Virus record (IMG/VR): IMGVR_UViG_3300044623_001231
Source of the DNA: a virus
Taxonomy: Duplodnaviria; Heunggongvirae; Uroviricota; Caudoviricetes
Direction: 5' to 3' (one strand)
DNA length: 64,000 bases
Below, piece after piece: positions 48,570-58,021 of this stretch; position 1 is the stretch's first letter, and every line of letters starts with the position of its first letter. Below the pieces are notes generated by a model, which did not search any database, had not been told where the DNA came from, and saw nothing but the letters and a program-made list of their open reading frames with translations. The position numbers and the translations under genes were made by a program.

Positions 48570-49019
48570 TTATTCACCATCAACCACAACTTCAGTTGTA
48601 GTTTCAGTTGTTGGAGCTGCTGTTGGTGCAGGTTCCATCGGACCAGCCGGAGTCACACTTCCAGATGTAGGTGACCAAGGTAAATCAGTTTCACCAACTT
48701 CTTTAATAGCGTATTCTTTTTGGTTGATTTGCTTTAAGATTTGTTCATTGATGTGAGCCATATAATTAGTTGGTGCACTACCAGATACTATATTTTGAAT
48801 CCAACCTAATACAACTTCTTCAGTAAGTTGCTCATAAGGAATAAATCCCGCCTCATCAGCATCAGGAATATCCAATGGAGTTGCTCCACTAAATGTACCT
48901 TCAGTACCATTTTCATTAGTACCAATTAATTTCCATTGGGTTCCAATTACTAAATCAGTTAAATCAGCAGTATCTTGCTTTTTTAAACCCGTTAATTTCC
49001 ATTCGTATGTTAATGCCAT
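48570..49019 (-). CDS. hypothetical protein
   Basis: ORF track. Confidence 0.5.
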   Translation of the reverse strand: MALTYEWKLTGLKKQDTADLTDLVIGTQWKLIGTNENGTEGTFSGATPLDIPDADEAGFIPYEQLTEEVVLGWIQNIVSGSAPTNYMAHINEQILKQINQKEYAIKEVGETDLPWSPTSGSVTPAGPMEPAPTAAPTTETTTEVVVDGE

Positions 49020-49079
49020 AATAAATCTTTTTTTGTTTTCTTATTATAAATATATATCTTTTTTGTTTTCGCTATTTTT

Positions 49080-49679
49080 TTAGTGAATATGTTTAACTTC
49101 ATGCCCTTCCCAACCTTTAGTTGGTTTTGAATTAGGAAAATCAAAACATTTCCACTTCTTTTGTTTTGAAAAATAGATATGTTTAACCATTGATGTTGGA
49201 ACATGTCCTCCGGTTGGTAGGACTTTATGTCCTTTTCCAAATACCAACTCAACTTTAACTTTTAGTTTTTCGGTATCATCCCATTTTCTTTCCTGCTCTT
49301 CTAACATTCTCCACTCACCTCTATTCATATATTGGTCTTGTAGTGCACAATTCAAATATGAAAACGTTTGTTTTAAATTTTCTATATTATCAGAAAATGT
49401 AGCTGCTGGTGCTAAGTGACCCTTATCATATACATTTGTACGATAATCATTAGCATCTGATGTATGTACATCCTTTTCAGTATAAAAATCCATAGAACCT
49501 CTATTCACATTTGTAGCTCTATTAGTTGATTCATATGTTAACCAAAGTGGTTGTTCGAATACCTCTGAATATAGTACTTCAAATATTGGGGTTTTTACCT
49601 TAACTTCATGTCGGTGAGAATCACCTGTAAATGAAAATAATATTAAAATAAATGGGATAAATAAACTTAATCTTTTCAT
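49080..49679 (-). CDS. secreted DNA/RNA non-specific endonuclease (NucA family)
   Basis: signal peptide MKRLSLFIPFILILFSF; active-site YDKGHLAP (DRGH-type). Confidence 0.65.
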   Translation of the reverse strand: MKRLSLFIPFILILFSFTGDSHRHEVKVKTPIFEVLYSEVFEQPLWLTYESTNRATNVNRGSMDFYTEKDVHTSDANDYRTNVYDKGHLAPAATFSDNIENLKQTFSYLNCALQDQYMNRGEWRMLEEQERKWDDTEKLKVKVELVFGKGHKVLPTGGHVPTSMVKHIYFSKQKKWKCFDFPNSKPTKGWEGHEVKHIH

Positions 49680-49682
49680 TTC

Positions 49683-50540
49683 TTATTTTGCTAGTTTCTT
49701 TTCATTATATGAATCTACGAATTTCTCCATCAACTCAGCCGGTATTGGTTCGTTAGCCAATTTCTCAGCAATCATCTGAGCGAATTTCTCCATATATACA
49801 TCTTCATTCTCTTCTTCATCTCCAGCAAATATTGCCGCTTTACCTACTCCTTTTAAAATCGTTTCACCTACTACGTGAGGAATAAACTCCATAGCAACGT
49901 GTTGACCGAATGCAGCAGCTCCGTGTGCTAATCCACCGGTTGCAGCTCCAAATAGAGCAGTTGTTACAACTTTAATAGCTACTGCTTTTAAAGCCTTCTT
50001 TTGGTGGTCATTCATCTCTTCACCTTTAAATAGTGATTTAACTGCACCACCTGCAGTTTTGAATTCTTCTACTTCACCTTTAGCGCCCTTTTTAACAGCT
50101 TCCCAAGCTCCTTTAGCTTTATCTGAAATTGCGTGTCCCCAACTTCTTCTTTCCTTAGAACCTCCTTTATGTGAATCAGATTTAAAGAATTCTTTTTCTT
50201 CTTTGGCCCATCCTTTGATTTTATCACTAATTCTACCAACTGCTTCCTTAGCCTTAGCAGCCAATCCCTTTTCGTAATCGGTTTTCTCAGCCGGTTCCTT
50301 TGTAGGTTCTTCGGCCGCTTTTGGAGTTTCTCCTCCAGCTTTCTTATCAGCTGGTTTATCAAATATATTTACTTTAGGTTTAGGAGGTGCACCAGCATCT
50401 CCCTTTTCAGGTTCTTCATAATCGCCGGATTTAATTGCAGCATCTCTGGTTTCTCTTGAACCAAAGTTTACTACCTTACCCGTTTTTGTTGATTTTGCTA
50501 CGAAGCTTTCTTCGTTCAACAAGTCCATTAATTTTATCAT
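49683..50540 (-). CDS. Lys/Ala/Glu-rich low-complexity protein
   Basis: ORF track; compositional bias. Confidence 0.5.
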   Translation of the reverse strand: MIKLMDLLNEESFVAKSTKTGKVVNFGSRETRDAAIKSGDYEEPEKGDAGAPPKPKVNIFDKPADKKAGGETPKAAEEPTKEPAEKTDYEKGLAAKAKEAVGRISDKIKGWAKEEKEFFKSDSHKGGSKERRSWGHAISDKAKGAWEAVKKGAKGEVEEFKTAGGAVKSLFKGEEMNDHQKKALKAVAIKVVTTALFGAATGGLAHGAAAFGQHVAMEFIPHVVGETILKGVGKAAIFAGDEEENEDVYMEKFAQMIAEKLANEPIPAELMEKFVDSYNEKKLAK

Positions 50541-51289
50541 TTCTTAATCAGATTAGATTTTTTTAATATTCTAGCAGTTGCTACCCATTTTTTTCCAATT
50601 GGATTATAAAGTGGTTTTCTTAAGAACGCATCTACTGCTTGTTGTACTGGTCTATTTACCGGTTTGTAAACGGTATTATCTACAATTACAAAGTTACCAC
50701 TAAACATACCTTGGAATGCTCCTAAGTTATTTTGACAATCTTTCCAAATTTTGGTTACCAACTCATCCGATAGAACTCTATCTCGGTTTTTATTTCTTTC
50801 CAATGCTACTTCCAATGATGTATTTACAAACACCATTGAACAATCATATCCTAATGATTCAGCATGTTCCATTTTCTTTTTAATCTTAGATACCTCATCT
50901 CCGGTTCCATCGATAATCATACCCAATCTACCAGCTTCATAAAAAGCTCTTTGTTTATCGGTAATCGCTTTTGCTTTTCCTCTAATTGAATTATCTCCCT
51001 TAGTGATTAAATCCCAAAGTTCCGGGTCATTCTTTTCAATGTTACCCAACTCCTTCATATCAATACCATTATCTTTAAGACCCTTCTCAAATGCAGTATC
51101 AGAATTTACTAATTTCAATCCACCAGCAGATACCGATGAAAATGCAGATTTACCCACTCCAAATATCTCTTTAGCAGTAAATGATTTCCCACTTCCAGGT
51201 CCTCCTGCCATAAATACACATTTTAAGATTCCCGGGTCATCAACACCCTCACTTAGAATCCCTTTAATTATTTCCTTTAAACTTATCAT
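50537..51289 (-). CDS. P-loop kinase-like protein
   Basis: FMAGGPGSGKSF Walker A; N-terminal MISLKEII shared with the next gene. Confidence 0.55.
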   Translation of the reverse strand: MISLKEIIKGILSEGVDDPGILKCVFMAGGPGSGKSFTAKEIFGVGKSAFSSVSAGGLKLVNSDTAFEKGLKDNGIDMKELGNIEKNDPELWDLITKGDNSIRGKAKAITDKQRAFYEAGRLGMIIDGTGDEVSKIKKKMEHAESLGYDCSMVFVNTSLEVALERNKNRDRVLSDELVTKIWKDCQNNLGAFQGMFSGNFVIVDNTVYKPVNRPVQQAVDAFLRKPLYNPIGKKWVATARILKKSNLIKK

Positions 51290-51702
51290 TATCTTATTTT
51301 ATTTAAATTCTTTACTATTGAGGTTACTTCACTATTATCAAAATTATGTTCCGATGATATTTGTGACCGGTTTATGGTTTTCCATATCGGAGTTCCATTT
51401 ATAGTGATATCGGATAGTATATCGTTTTTACTTCTACATCCGTTATAATCACAATACTTCCCACCATACAAAACACAAACGTGAACCATCGCTTTCGTTT
51501 CCGGTTCTATTATAGCTACATACTTACCTCTATTTCCTAAATACTTATTCAGACCATCAGCAAATGTATAACATCCTCCACTCATATACCAATCTGTCCA
51601 ATTGGTATCTTTTCTATATTGTTCTAATGTATCATCTAAATCCGATACACTTATCACAACCTCATTTAGTACTTCATAGATAATTTCTTTTAAACTTATC
51701 AT
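51289..51702 (-). CDS. hypothetical protein (paralogous N-terminus MISLKEII)
   Basis: ORF track. Confidence 0.5.
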   Translation of the reverse strand: MISLKEIIYEVLNEVVISVSDLDDTLEQYRKDTNWTDWYMSGGCYTFADGLNKYLGNRGKYVAIIEPETKAMVHVCVLYGGKYCDYNGCRSKNDILSDITINGTPIWKTINRSQISSEHNFDNSEVTSIVKNLNKIR

Positions 51703-51703
51703 A

Positions 51704-52474
51704 TTAATACTTTTTAATTTGCTTATAATCTAATATAGATATTGGTTTTACAATTATTTCGTTCCAAAGTGAGGTTTTGTTCTCAGTACAATTCACTAAA
51801 TCCGTACATAGATTATTCTCATTATCCGGGTATGAAAAACGGAATAAGTTAGCTGCCCGATTTCCTCTATCAGTTGCAAATGATTTTACATCTGATTTAA
51901 ATGCGGCTACTAACTCTCCTCTTATCTTTACCAATATATTACTCTCCGGTCTAAAGAACTCCTTTGCTTGGGTAGTAAACGTTGATATAGAAAAACTATA
52001 CCCACTTCGGATACTATCTGCAAGGTTTCTGAATCCCTCCTCAGATGTCCAATGGTACGTTACCACCTCAGAACCTACGTTACCATAAGTATCCTTAGTA
52101 AACGATTTATCCAATAGAATATAAGGTTCAATTGCTCCTCTACTATTAAAGAACGCAATCCTATCATTGTTTATGTTCTTTATATAATCCCCAAACTCAT
52201 CTCTGATTCCCCATATCCTATGGTTTACAAAATCTTCAATAAAGTCTAAAACGTTTTTCTTGGTCAAATCCCCATACAAATCGGTTTCAACCCATAGTTG
52301 ATATCCAAAATAAGTATCTATAAGTTCCATCATCTTCGGGTCCGTAGGTAAAACCCCACCCCTAGTATCGGAACCACCCTTTTGTAGGTCTAAAAAACGC
52401 TTAGAGATACGTTCCCACTCTCCAATAGTGTGGAACGAATCCTCCGGTTTTTGATATCCTCTTACTTTGTACAT
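51704..52474 (-). CDS. hypothetical protein
   Basis: ORF track. Confidence 0.55.
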   Translation of the reverse strand: MYKVRGYQKPEDSFHTIGEWERISKRFLDLQKGGSDTRGGVLPTDPKMMELIDTYFGYQLWVETDLYGDLTKKNVLDFIEDFVNHRIWGIRDEFGDYIKNINNDRIAFFNSRGAIEPYILLDKSFTKDTYGNVGSEVVTYHWTSEEGFRNLADSIRSGYSFSISTFTTQAKEFFRPESNILVKIRGELVAAFKSDVKSFATDRGNRAANLFRFSYPDNENNLCTDLVNCTENKTSLWNEIIVKPISILDYKQIKKY

Positions 52475-52602
52475 AGACTCGAAATTGGGTTGTTACTTAA
52501 CTCCCCTATAAATATGGATAATTTCCATTTTTGGTTGCTTCCCATATCCCTTCCCCAGCTTCTAATGTAAGAGATACTAACCTCTTCCAAAACCTTTTTA
52601 GT

Positions 52603-52812
52603 TTATCCCTCATATGGTATCTCCATCTGCCTATCTACTAAAGTTCGTTCGGTTTCACCACTTTGACGGGAGTATATCGTTTTTCCCTTATCCGGGGATT
52701 CAAAGATTTTCTCCCCAGTTGTGGATTCTCTCCAATACGCTCTACGGATAACATTTCCCAACTCAGCATCGTTTGGGTATTTGTTGATTAACTCTATAAT
52801 TTTATTGTCCAT
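52603..52812 (-). CDS. hypothetical protein
   Basis: ORF track. Confidence 0.4.
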   Translation of the reverse strand: MDNKIIELINKYPNDAELGNVIRRAYWRESTTGEKIFESPDKGKTIYSRQSGETERTLVDRQMEIPYEG

Positions 52813-53012
52813 CCTTTTAAAAAATTTATTCTTAAGTAATACAATGTACTACATATCCCCTTATCCTTAAACTCCTTATACGTCTTTAACTTCTCATCGG
52901 TTTGAAGTAAATCCCTTTCCCATTTTGGTTGTATTCCCAAGCGGCTTTGTATTTCGTATATAAATCTTTCTAATCTACTACGTTGTGGATTCGGATGTGC
53001 GGAGTTATTCAT
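52794..53012 (-). CDS. hypothetical protein (internal-Met start)
   Basis: ORF track, trimmed. Confidence 0.35.
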   Translation of the reverse strand: MNNSAHPNPQRSRLERFIYEIQSRLGIQPKWERDLLQTDEKLKTYKEFKDKGICSTLYYLRINFLKGWTIKL

Positions 53013-53261
53013 ATAGTAATAAGTGTAAGGATAGCTAAATGTAATATTCAAATATAAGTATAAATATAACAAAACTATCAAAAAAATTAAGGTTGCGACT
53101 CACCCCCCACCGAATCGATGAAAAGGAGGTATCCCCTTAATCCCAATAACTAAATTTCATCTACACCATCTACATGCGTATCTCCATACTCATCATCGGT
53201 GTGGGGTTCGTTATTCCACTCTTCATTAAAATACTTAAAAGTTGGATATTTGATTTCCATC

Positions 53262-53456
53262 TTAAAATATATTAATTACAATTTTTGCTATTTGATTTTG
53301 TGATACCCGAATGGGTACTATTGTATCCCCTGTTATAGGGTTGATTAGAAGTCTACCATCGTTCAACATTTTGTTTTGGGCCGCTGTAAGTGATTCCAAT
53401 ATCTTTTTAGTGATAAGTGGGTCTTGTACTTCTGCCTCTGATAGTAAACCAAACAT
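53262..53456 (-). CDS. hypothetical protein
   Basis: ORF track. Confidence 0.45.
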   Translation of the reverse strand: MFGLLSEAEVQDPLITKKILESLTAAQNKMLNDGRLLINPITGDTIVPIRVSQNQIAKIVINIF

Positions 53457-53467
53457 AATCTATTCTC

Positions 53468-53743
53468 CTAATAAGATAATTTAACCCCTACAATGCATTC
53501 TACCAATCCTTCGTACTTTGAATCAATTGGTGTGATTGATGTTATAATCCATTTTGATTTTTGAAAATTAAGTACTCCTCCTACCGATAATACCGGTCCA
53601 CCTTCAAAGTCAAACATTACCGTTTCACCGGAATCATTTGTTGATGTTCTTTGAAATTGAGATTCCCCAGTAATCCTAAGTCTATTGGTATCTAATTTTT
53701 CGATAACTCTCTCTAATCCGTATCTGCTTTTAATCATTTCCAT
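53468..53743 (-). CDS. hypothetical protein
   Basis: ORF track. Confidence 0.45.
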   Translation of the reverse strand: MEMIKSRYGLERVIEKLDTNRLRITGESQFQRTSTNDSGETVMFDFEGGPVLSVGGVLNFQKSKWIITSITPIDSKYEGLVECIVGVKLSY

Positions 53744-53754
53744 ATCAATAAGTA

Positions 53755-53931
53755 TTATAGTTGATATTCTTTTAGTTTTTCATTATAAATAGTATCCAAA
53801 GATTCAATTAAATCCTTGTCATCATACATATTACTAAAATTATTTATTAATTTTTTCACACTTCCATTTGCCATTGCAGCGTATTGTGCAGTTTTAATTG
53901 TATTTAGTACTTTAAAGTATGCTTCTTTCAT
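53755..53931 (-). CDS. small protein (58 aa)
   Basis: read from the DNA: MKEAYFKVLNTIKTAQYAAMANGSVKKLINNFSNMYDDK...; ATGA overlap with the upstream gene. Confidence 0.4.
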   Translation of the reverse strand: MKEAYFKVLNTIKTAQYAAMANGSVKKLINNFSNMYDDKDLIESLDTIYNEKLKEYQL

Positions 53932-54389
53932 ATGATTCCTCTAATTTGTAATTCTGATTTAGTGTAACCAAGCTTACATTGTTTTTTATACCACCAATAT
54001 AAATCTTCAGTAGTACCCTTACCCCGCTTTCTTTCCATAGCCTTCTCCCATAAATCCTTTTCGAATTCTTCGGCTAATGCTCTTTGTAATTCTCGCAATC
54101 GTTTATTCTCATCAGTATTACCTACTTCATCTAACTTAAGAGCTTTTACTCTTTTAATTCTACCAGCATACAATGCCTCCATCTCTAATTGAGCTGGGTC
54201 TGAAATAAGTGCATTCTTTTTAGTCAATTCATAAGCTTCAATCGCAAGTTCTCTATTATACTTTGCCTCATCAAAATAAGGTGAAACTTCAAAATCACCA
54301 TTTTGAATCCTTCGGAGTAATGGAGCTGATTTTGGTAGTGGCTTCTTTCTAAGTTTAGATGTGTACCAACGGAATTTATTATATGCCAT
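53928..54389 (-). CDS. hypothetical protein
   Basis: ORF track. Confidence 0.5.
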   Translation of the reverse strand: MAYNKFRWYTSKLRKKPLPKSAPLLRRIQNGDFEVSPYFDEAKYNRELAIEAYELTKKNALISDPAQLEMEALYAGRIKRVKALKLDEVGNTDENKRLRELQRALAEEFEKDLWEKAMERKRGKGTTEDLYWWYKKQCKLGYTKSELQIRGII

Positions 54390-54390
54390 A

Positions 54391-54696
54391 TTACAATTTT
54401 TGGATTTGTTCTAATATATCAGTAACTTCTGTTTCTGATAAATACCCAATAACATCATCTGTAATTGGAGTATCATATGTCAAATCACCATCAGTACCTA
54501 ATACTGCTAATTCATATTTTCCCCTATCACCACCATAGGTATATGGGGTCTTAACTACACTAGCACCATATCCATTTTCAAATATGATACGACTCATCAC
54601 ACCTCCCATTCCGGCAGTATGTGGTTTAAATTCTAAATCTTTGAATGTTTTCATCTTTATCTTTTTTACGAATGCTTGTATATTATAGTAATTCAT
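54391..54696 (-). CDS. hypothetical protein
   Basis: ORF track. Confidence 0.5.
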   Translation of the reverse strand: MNYYNIQAFVKKIKMKTFKDLEFKPHTAGMGGVMSRIIFENGYGASVVKTPYTYGGDRGKYELAVLGTDGDLTYDTPITDDVIGYLSETEVTDILEQIQKL

Positions 54697-54728
54697 ATTT
54701 CAAATATACAAAAAATAATTCAAATAAC

Positions 54729-54869
54729 CTAATTTCTTTCCAAAATCTTTTTTAATTGTGATTCTTTCAATAGTTTCTTTGGTTCTTGTTTTTTGGATTT
54801 GTCCTCTTCCAATGGAATTCGATAGTTCTTTACTAACTTTTCCATCCAATCTTTGGTGTCTTTACTCAT
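54729..54869 (-). CDS. small basic protein (about 46 aa)
   Basis: read from the DNA: M(SM)SKDTKDWMEKLVKNYRIPLEEDKSKKQEPKK... Confidence 0.3.
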   Translation of the reverse strand: MSKDTKDWMEKLVKNYRIPLEEDKSKKQEPKKLLKESQLKKILERN

Positions 54870-55956
54870 ACTCATTTCTATTTATTTTTATAACATAAGG
54901 AAATCGGGGAATTCCATCCGGTGTTAGGTTAAAGTACTTAACAGTTGCTTCTTTACCTATCAAGGAATCTTTGTTTTCTAAAATCTCAGCTGTTTCAGCA
55001 AATGTCCCCTTTACATTTGATTTGAATCGCTTTCCATCTTTGGTATTAAATACCATATATCCACAAGTGCCGGTTCGGTTACCCTCACCTTCACATATAT
55101 CTAAAATCGTATATTCCTCATCTACAAAGGATTTATGCTTCAAAAGGTACTTACTTCGTTTATTCTCATAAAGTCCACCAGTACGAAGCATTTGCCCCTC
55201 ATAACCCTGCTCAACATATTTACCATACAAATCCATAACACCAGCCTCATCCCTAACAGGGTGGGTTGTTACAAACTCACAAGTAGATGGTAACTTAACA
55301 CCATACAATGCTTTGAATCTTTCAACAAATTCACCACCATGTGATGGGAAATCATAGATATGGTATTTGATTACTTTTTTACATTCCTCTAAATCAGATG
55401 GAGTTGGCTTTGTTTTTTTCACCAACGATACAATCTTATTGAAATCATTAGCGAACTTATCAGCGTACAATTCTCCATCAAATATTAGATTTGGATTCTC
55501 ATCAAACAAATATTTCATTGATTCAAAAATGTGAGGTGCTGATACAATTGGTTTACCATTCCTACTAAACATACCATCTTTGGTAAGGATACATCGGATA
55601 CCATCTAATTTTGGTTGAGAGAATATTGGGTATTCAATTTTATCTTTGTAATCTTCCCACTTGGCCGCCAACATAGGTTCAAAGTATTGTTTAGTATCAA
55701 TGTTATTAATACTTTCAAAATAACCACTCTCTAACTTTTTAGTTCTCTTAGCTATTGCTTCTTTAAGAGCTTGTTCGTTATCAGTAGTACCATTTGCTTT
55801 ACCTTCATTTTTACCATACACAACTGTCCATGTGTTTGTGGTAATTACTCCACCACATTGTCCACTATGAGTTCTGTATTTATTATCGGATACTTCAATT
55901 GTCCACTCTTGAGTTGCACCTGTCTTAGTTTTTTTGTAAATCGTTTCTAATTTCAT
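54862..55956 (-). CDS. ATP-dependent DNA ligase
   Basis: motif I KLDGIRC (KxDG), adenylation/OB arrangement, 364 aa. Confidence 0.75.
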   Translation of the reverse strand: MKLETIYKKTKTGATQEWTIEVSDNKYRTHSGQCGGVITTNTWTVVYGKNEGKANGTTDNEQALKEAIAKRTKKLESGYFESINNIDTKQYFEPMLAAKWEDYKDKIEYPIFSQPKLDGIRCILTKDGMFSRNGKPIVSAPHIFESMKYLFDENPNLIFDGELYADKFANDFNKIVSLVKKTKPTPSDLEECKKVIKYHIYDFPSHGGEFVERFKALYGVKLPSTCEFVTTHPVRDEAGVMDLYGKYVEQGYEGQMLRTGGLYENKRSKYLLKHKSFVDEEYTILDICEGEGNRTGTCGYMVFNTKDGKRFKSNVKGTFAETAEILENKDSLIGKEATVKYFNLTPDGIPRFPYVIKINRNEYE

Positions 55957-56288
55957 CGTAATATGAATTTTAATACATTGTATTTTATTTTGTGGAATTT
56001 ATTGAATGTTCGAGGTGACCATACTTTGTGGTCTTGCAACTCATCCAATTGCTTTGCTAAAGTATTCCTTAAAAAGAACAAATCACCCTCCCATCTAAAT
56101 CTAAATCGGTTTGTGTAATTTGGTAAGAAACATAAAAATTTAAATAAATAATAAGAATGCAATCCCTTTGTTATTTTCAGAATTTCAACACCCCATTGTT
56201 CATAAGGTCCGTTGATGTATATATTAAGTAATTTTATATTTAAATTGAACTTTCGCATTTTCCAATCTATTGTTTGGAGTATTTTCAT
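55953..56288 (-). CDS. hypothetical protein
   Basis: ORF track. Confidence 0.45.
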   Translation of the reverse strand: MKILQTIDWKMRKFNLNIKLLNIYINGPYEQWGVEILKITKGLHSYYLFKFLCFLPNYTNRFRFRWEGDLFFLRNTLAKQLDELQDHKVWSPRTFNKFHKIKYNVLKFILR

Positions 56289-56320
56289 AGTTAATCTTTT
56301 TTTTTGAATTTAGAGATTCA

Positions 56321-56337
56321 GGGGGGTATTACCCCCC
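56321..56337 (-). other. GC hairpin GGGGGGT-ATT-ACCCCCC (possible terminator or structural element) downstream of the AAA ATPase gene
   Basis: 7-bp perfect stem in an AT-rich context. Confidence 0.45.
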
Positions 56338-56360
56338 ATCTCATTTATAATTGATTAACC

Positions 56361-57569
56361 TTAGAACATTGGGATTTCATCTACTAACTCTTCTTTTTGT
56401 TCGGTAAAAAGAGCTTCTGCTGATGTATCTTTAACATATTTTTGAACCAGTTGTTTCACATAAGTTCTTTCAGAATCTACACCACCATCATTAGAGAAGA
56501 ATGGGAAGATTGAAATTTCAGCTGATTCGAATAAATCGAATCCATCATAAATTAATCCAGCCATTTCAACACTAGCTCTCGTCGATACCATAGCGGTAAC
56601 TTTACCAGAATCACTCATCGATTGAGTTCGAGTGTGGTGAGCGATTTCAGCGATTGCTTTCAAATCATAATCATTAACCTCAGGGAACATAAACTTTAAC
56701 AATCCAAATTCCTGCTCATCATTTAGAACATCCATTTCGATAGTTACGAAACGGTCTAAGATAGCCCTATCGATTACCCTAGTCGAAGTATATTCAGAAC
56801 CTATGTTAGCGGTAGCGATAAAGGTAACACCTTCAGCCACTTTAACAATTGGTGAACCTTCAGCCTCATCCAAACGTAAGTAACGTTGTCCACCATCTAA
56901 AACGGTCATCAAAATGTTCCAAGCATCAGGGTGAGCTCTACTCAACTCATCTAATAGAATCACAGCGTTTGGAGTTTTAATTGCTTTAACGAATGCCGAT
57001 TCAGCGAAGAAAGTTCCTTTGTTTTTATCAAAGTGAGTATTACCAATCAAAGTAGCACGAGGGTCTTGCGTTGCTCCTAAGTTGAAGTAGAAATCAGGTC
57101 GGTCAAGTGCTTTAACCAATGCTTTAGCTGCCATTGTTTTACCACAACCAGCAGGTCCAGTCATCATAATGTTTTTAGCTCTAACAGCTGAACGAACTAA
57201 GTATTTCCACTTTAGAGGTGTCATCACCAATTCAATTGGTTTCAAATCAATTGAACTATTGTGAATGAAATCTTTGATTGCGTTATGGTCACCTTTATCT
57301 TCAAATTGAACACCACCATTATCGGTATTCATTGGGGAAACTAAGTTATTATAAACTTCCATTCCCACTTTTCGGAAAACCTTCTTACCATTCTTTTGAA
57401 CGAATGCCTGAAGAGCCAATCCCTGCTCAAATGCATCTTTACGAGTACCGGTTCCGATACCCATTGTACCAACTTTTTGACCTTTAGTGTCAATTAACTT
57501 AAATGAGTTACCAAAAGCTTCTACTTTGTAAACCTCATTTCCTACGAATCCAATTTTTAAATCTTTCAT
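56361..57569 (-). CDS. MoxR/CobS-like AAA+ ATPase
   Basis: Walker A MTGPAGCGKT; Walker B VILLDE; pairs with the downstream VWA protein. Confidence 0.7.
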   Translation of the reverse strand: MKDLKIGFVGNEVYKVEAFGNSFKLIDTKGQKVGTMGIGTGTRKDAFEQGLALQAFVQKNGKKVFRKVGMEVYNNLVSPMNTDNGGVQFEDKGDHNAIKDFIHNSSIDLKPIELVMTPLKWKYLVRSAVRAKNIMMTGPAGCGKTMAAKALVKALDRPDFYFNLGATQDPRATLIGNTHFDKNKGTFFAESAFVKAIKTPNAVILLDELSRAHPDAWNILMTVLDGGQRYLRLDEAEGSPIVKVAEGVTFIATANIGSEYTSTRVIDRAILDRFVTIEMDVLNDEQEFGLLKFMFPEVNDYDLKAIAEIAHHTRTQSMSDSGKVTAMVSTRASVEMAGLIYDGFDLFESAEISIFPFFSNDGGVDSERTYVKQLVQKYVKDTSAEALFTEQKEELVDEIPMF

Positions 57570-57674
57570 TTTTATTTATTTTAGGGTTTTAATTAATTAC
57601 TCTCTCAATTACCTGTCTAATATACGAACAATTTCTGATATAAACAAGCTTTTTGCCAATTATTTTTGCTTTTT
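57570..57674 (-). promoter_or_regulatory. full promoter-leader cassette
   Basis: ttttagggttttaatt ... ctaatatacgaa ... gatataaacaagctttttgccaattattttt. Confidence 0.6.
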
Positions 57675-57899
57675 TTAATAATAAAATCGACTATAATAAC
57701 CTAATGTACCAGTATCCGAATCTGCGTTGTCTATAAACCCAAATCCTTTGTAATTATTGGTATTGAATAGGATTCTTTCAATGGTGGTGGCAATGCCAGC
57801 CTTAAATGCCACTGTAGCGAACTCATCGGTTCGTTTTAGTTGTTCATTAGCCCAATCCAACATAGTACTAACTTCAATCGTTTTTTTACTTTTAGCCAT
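57675..57899 (-). CDS. hypothetical protein
   Basis: ORF track between two cassettes. Confidence 0.5.
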   Translation of the reverse strand: MAKSKKTIEVSTMLDWANEQLKRTDEFATVAFKAGIATTIERILFNTNNYKGFGFIDNADSDTGTLGYYSRFYY

Positions 57900-58021
57900 A
57901 ATTTAGGGGTTTTTTAAGTGATTTAATCTATCTATCAATCTTATACTCAAATATACAAAAAAGACTTGAGATAAACAAGCCTTTTTCTAATTATTTTCAA
58001 TAAAGTTATTAACAATTTGAA
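57900..58021 (-). promoter_or_regulatory. full promoter-leader cassette
   Basis: includes the upstream element ...aattattttcaataaagttattaaca. Confidence 0.6.
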
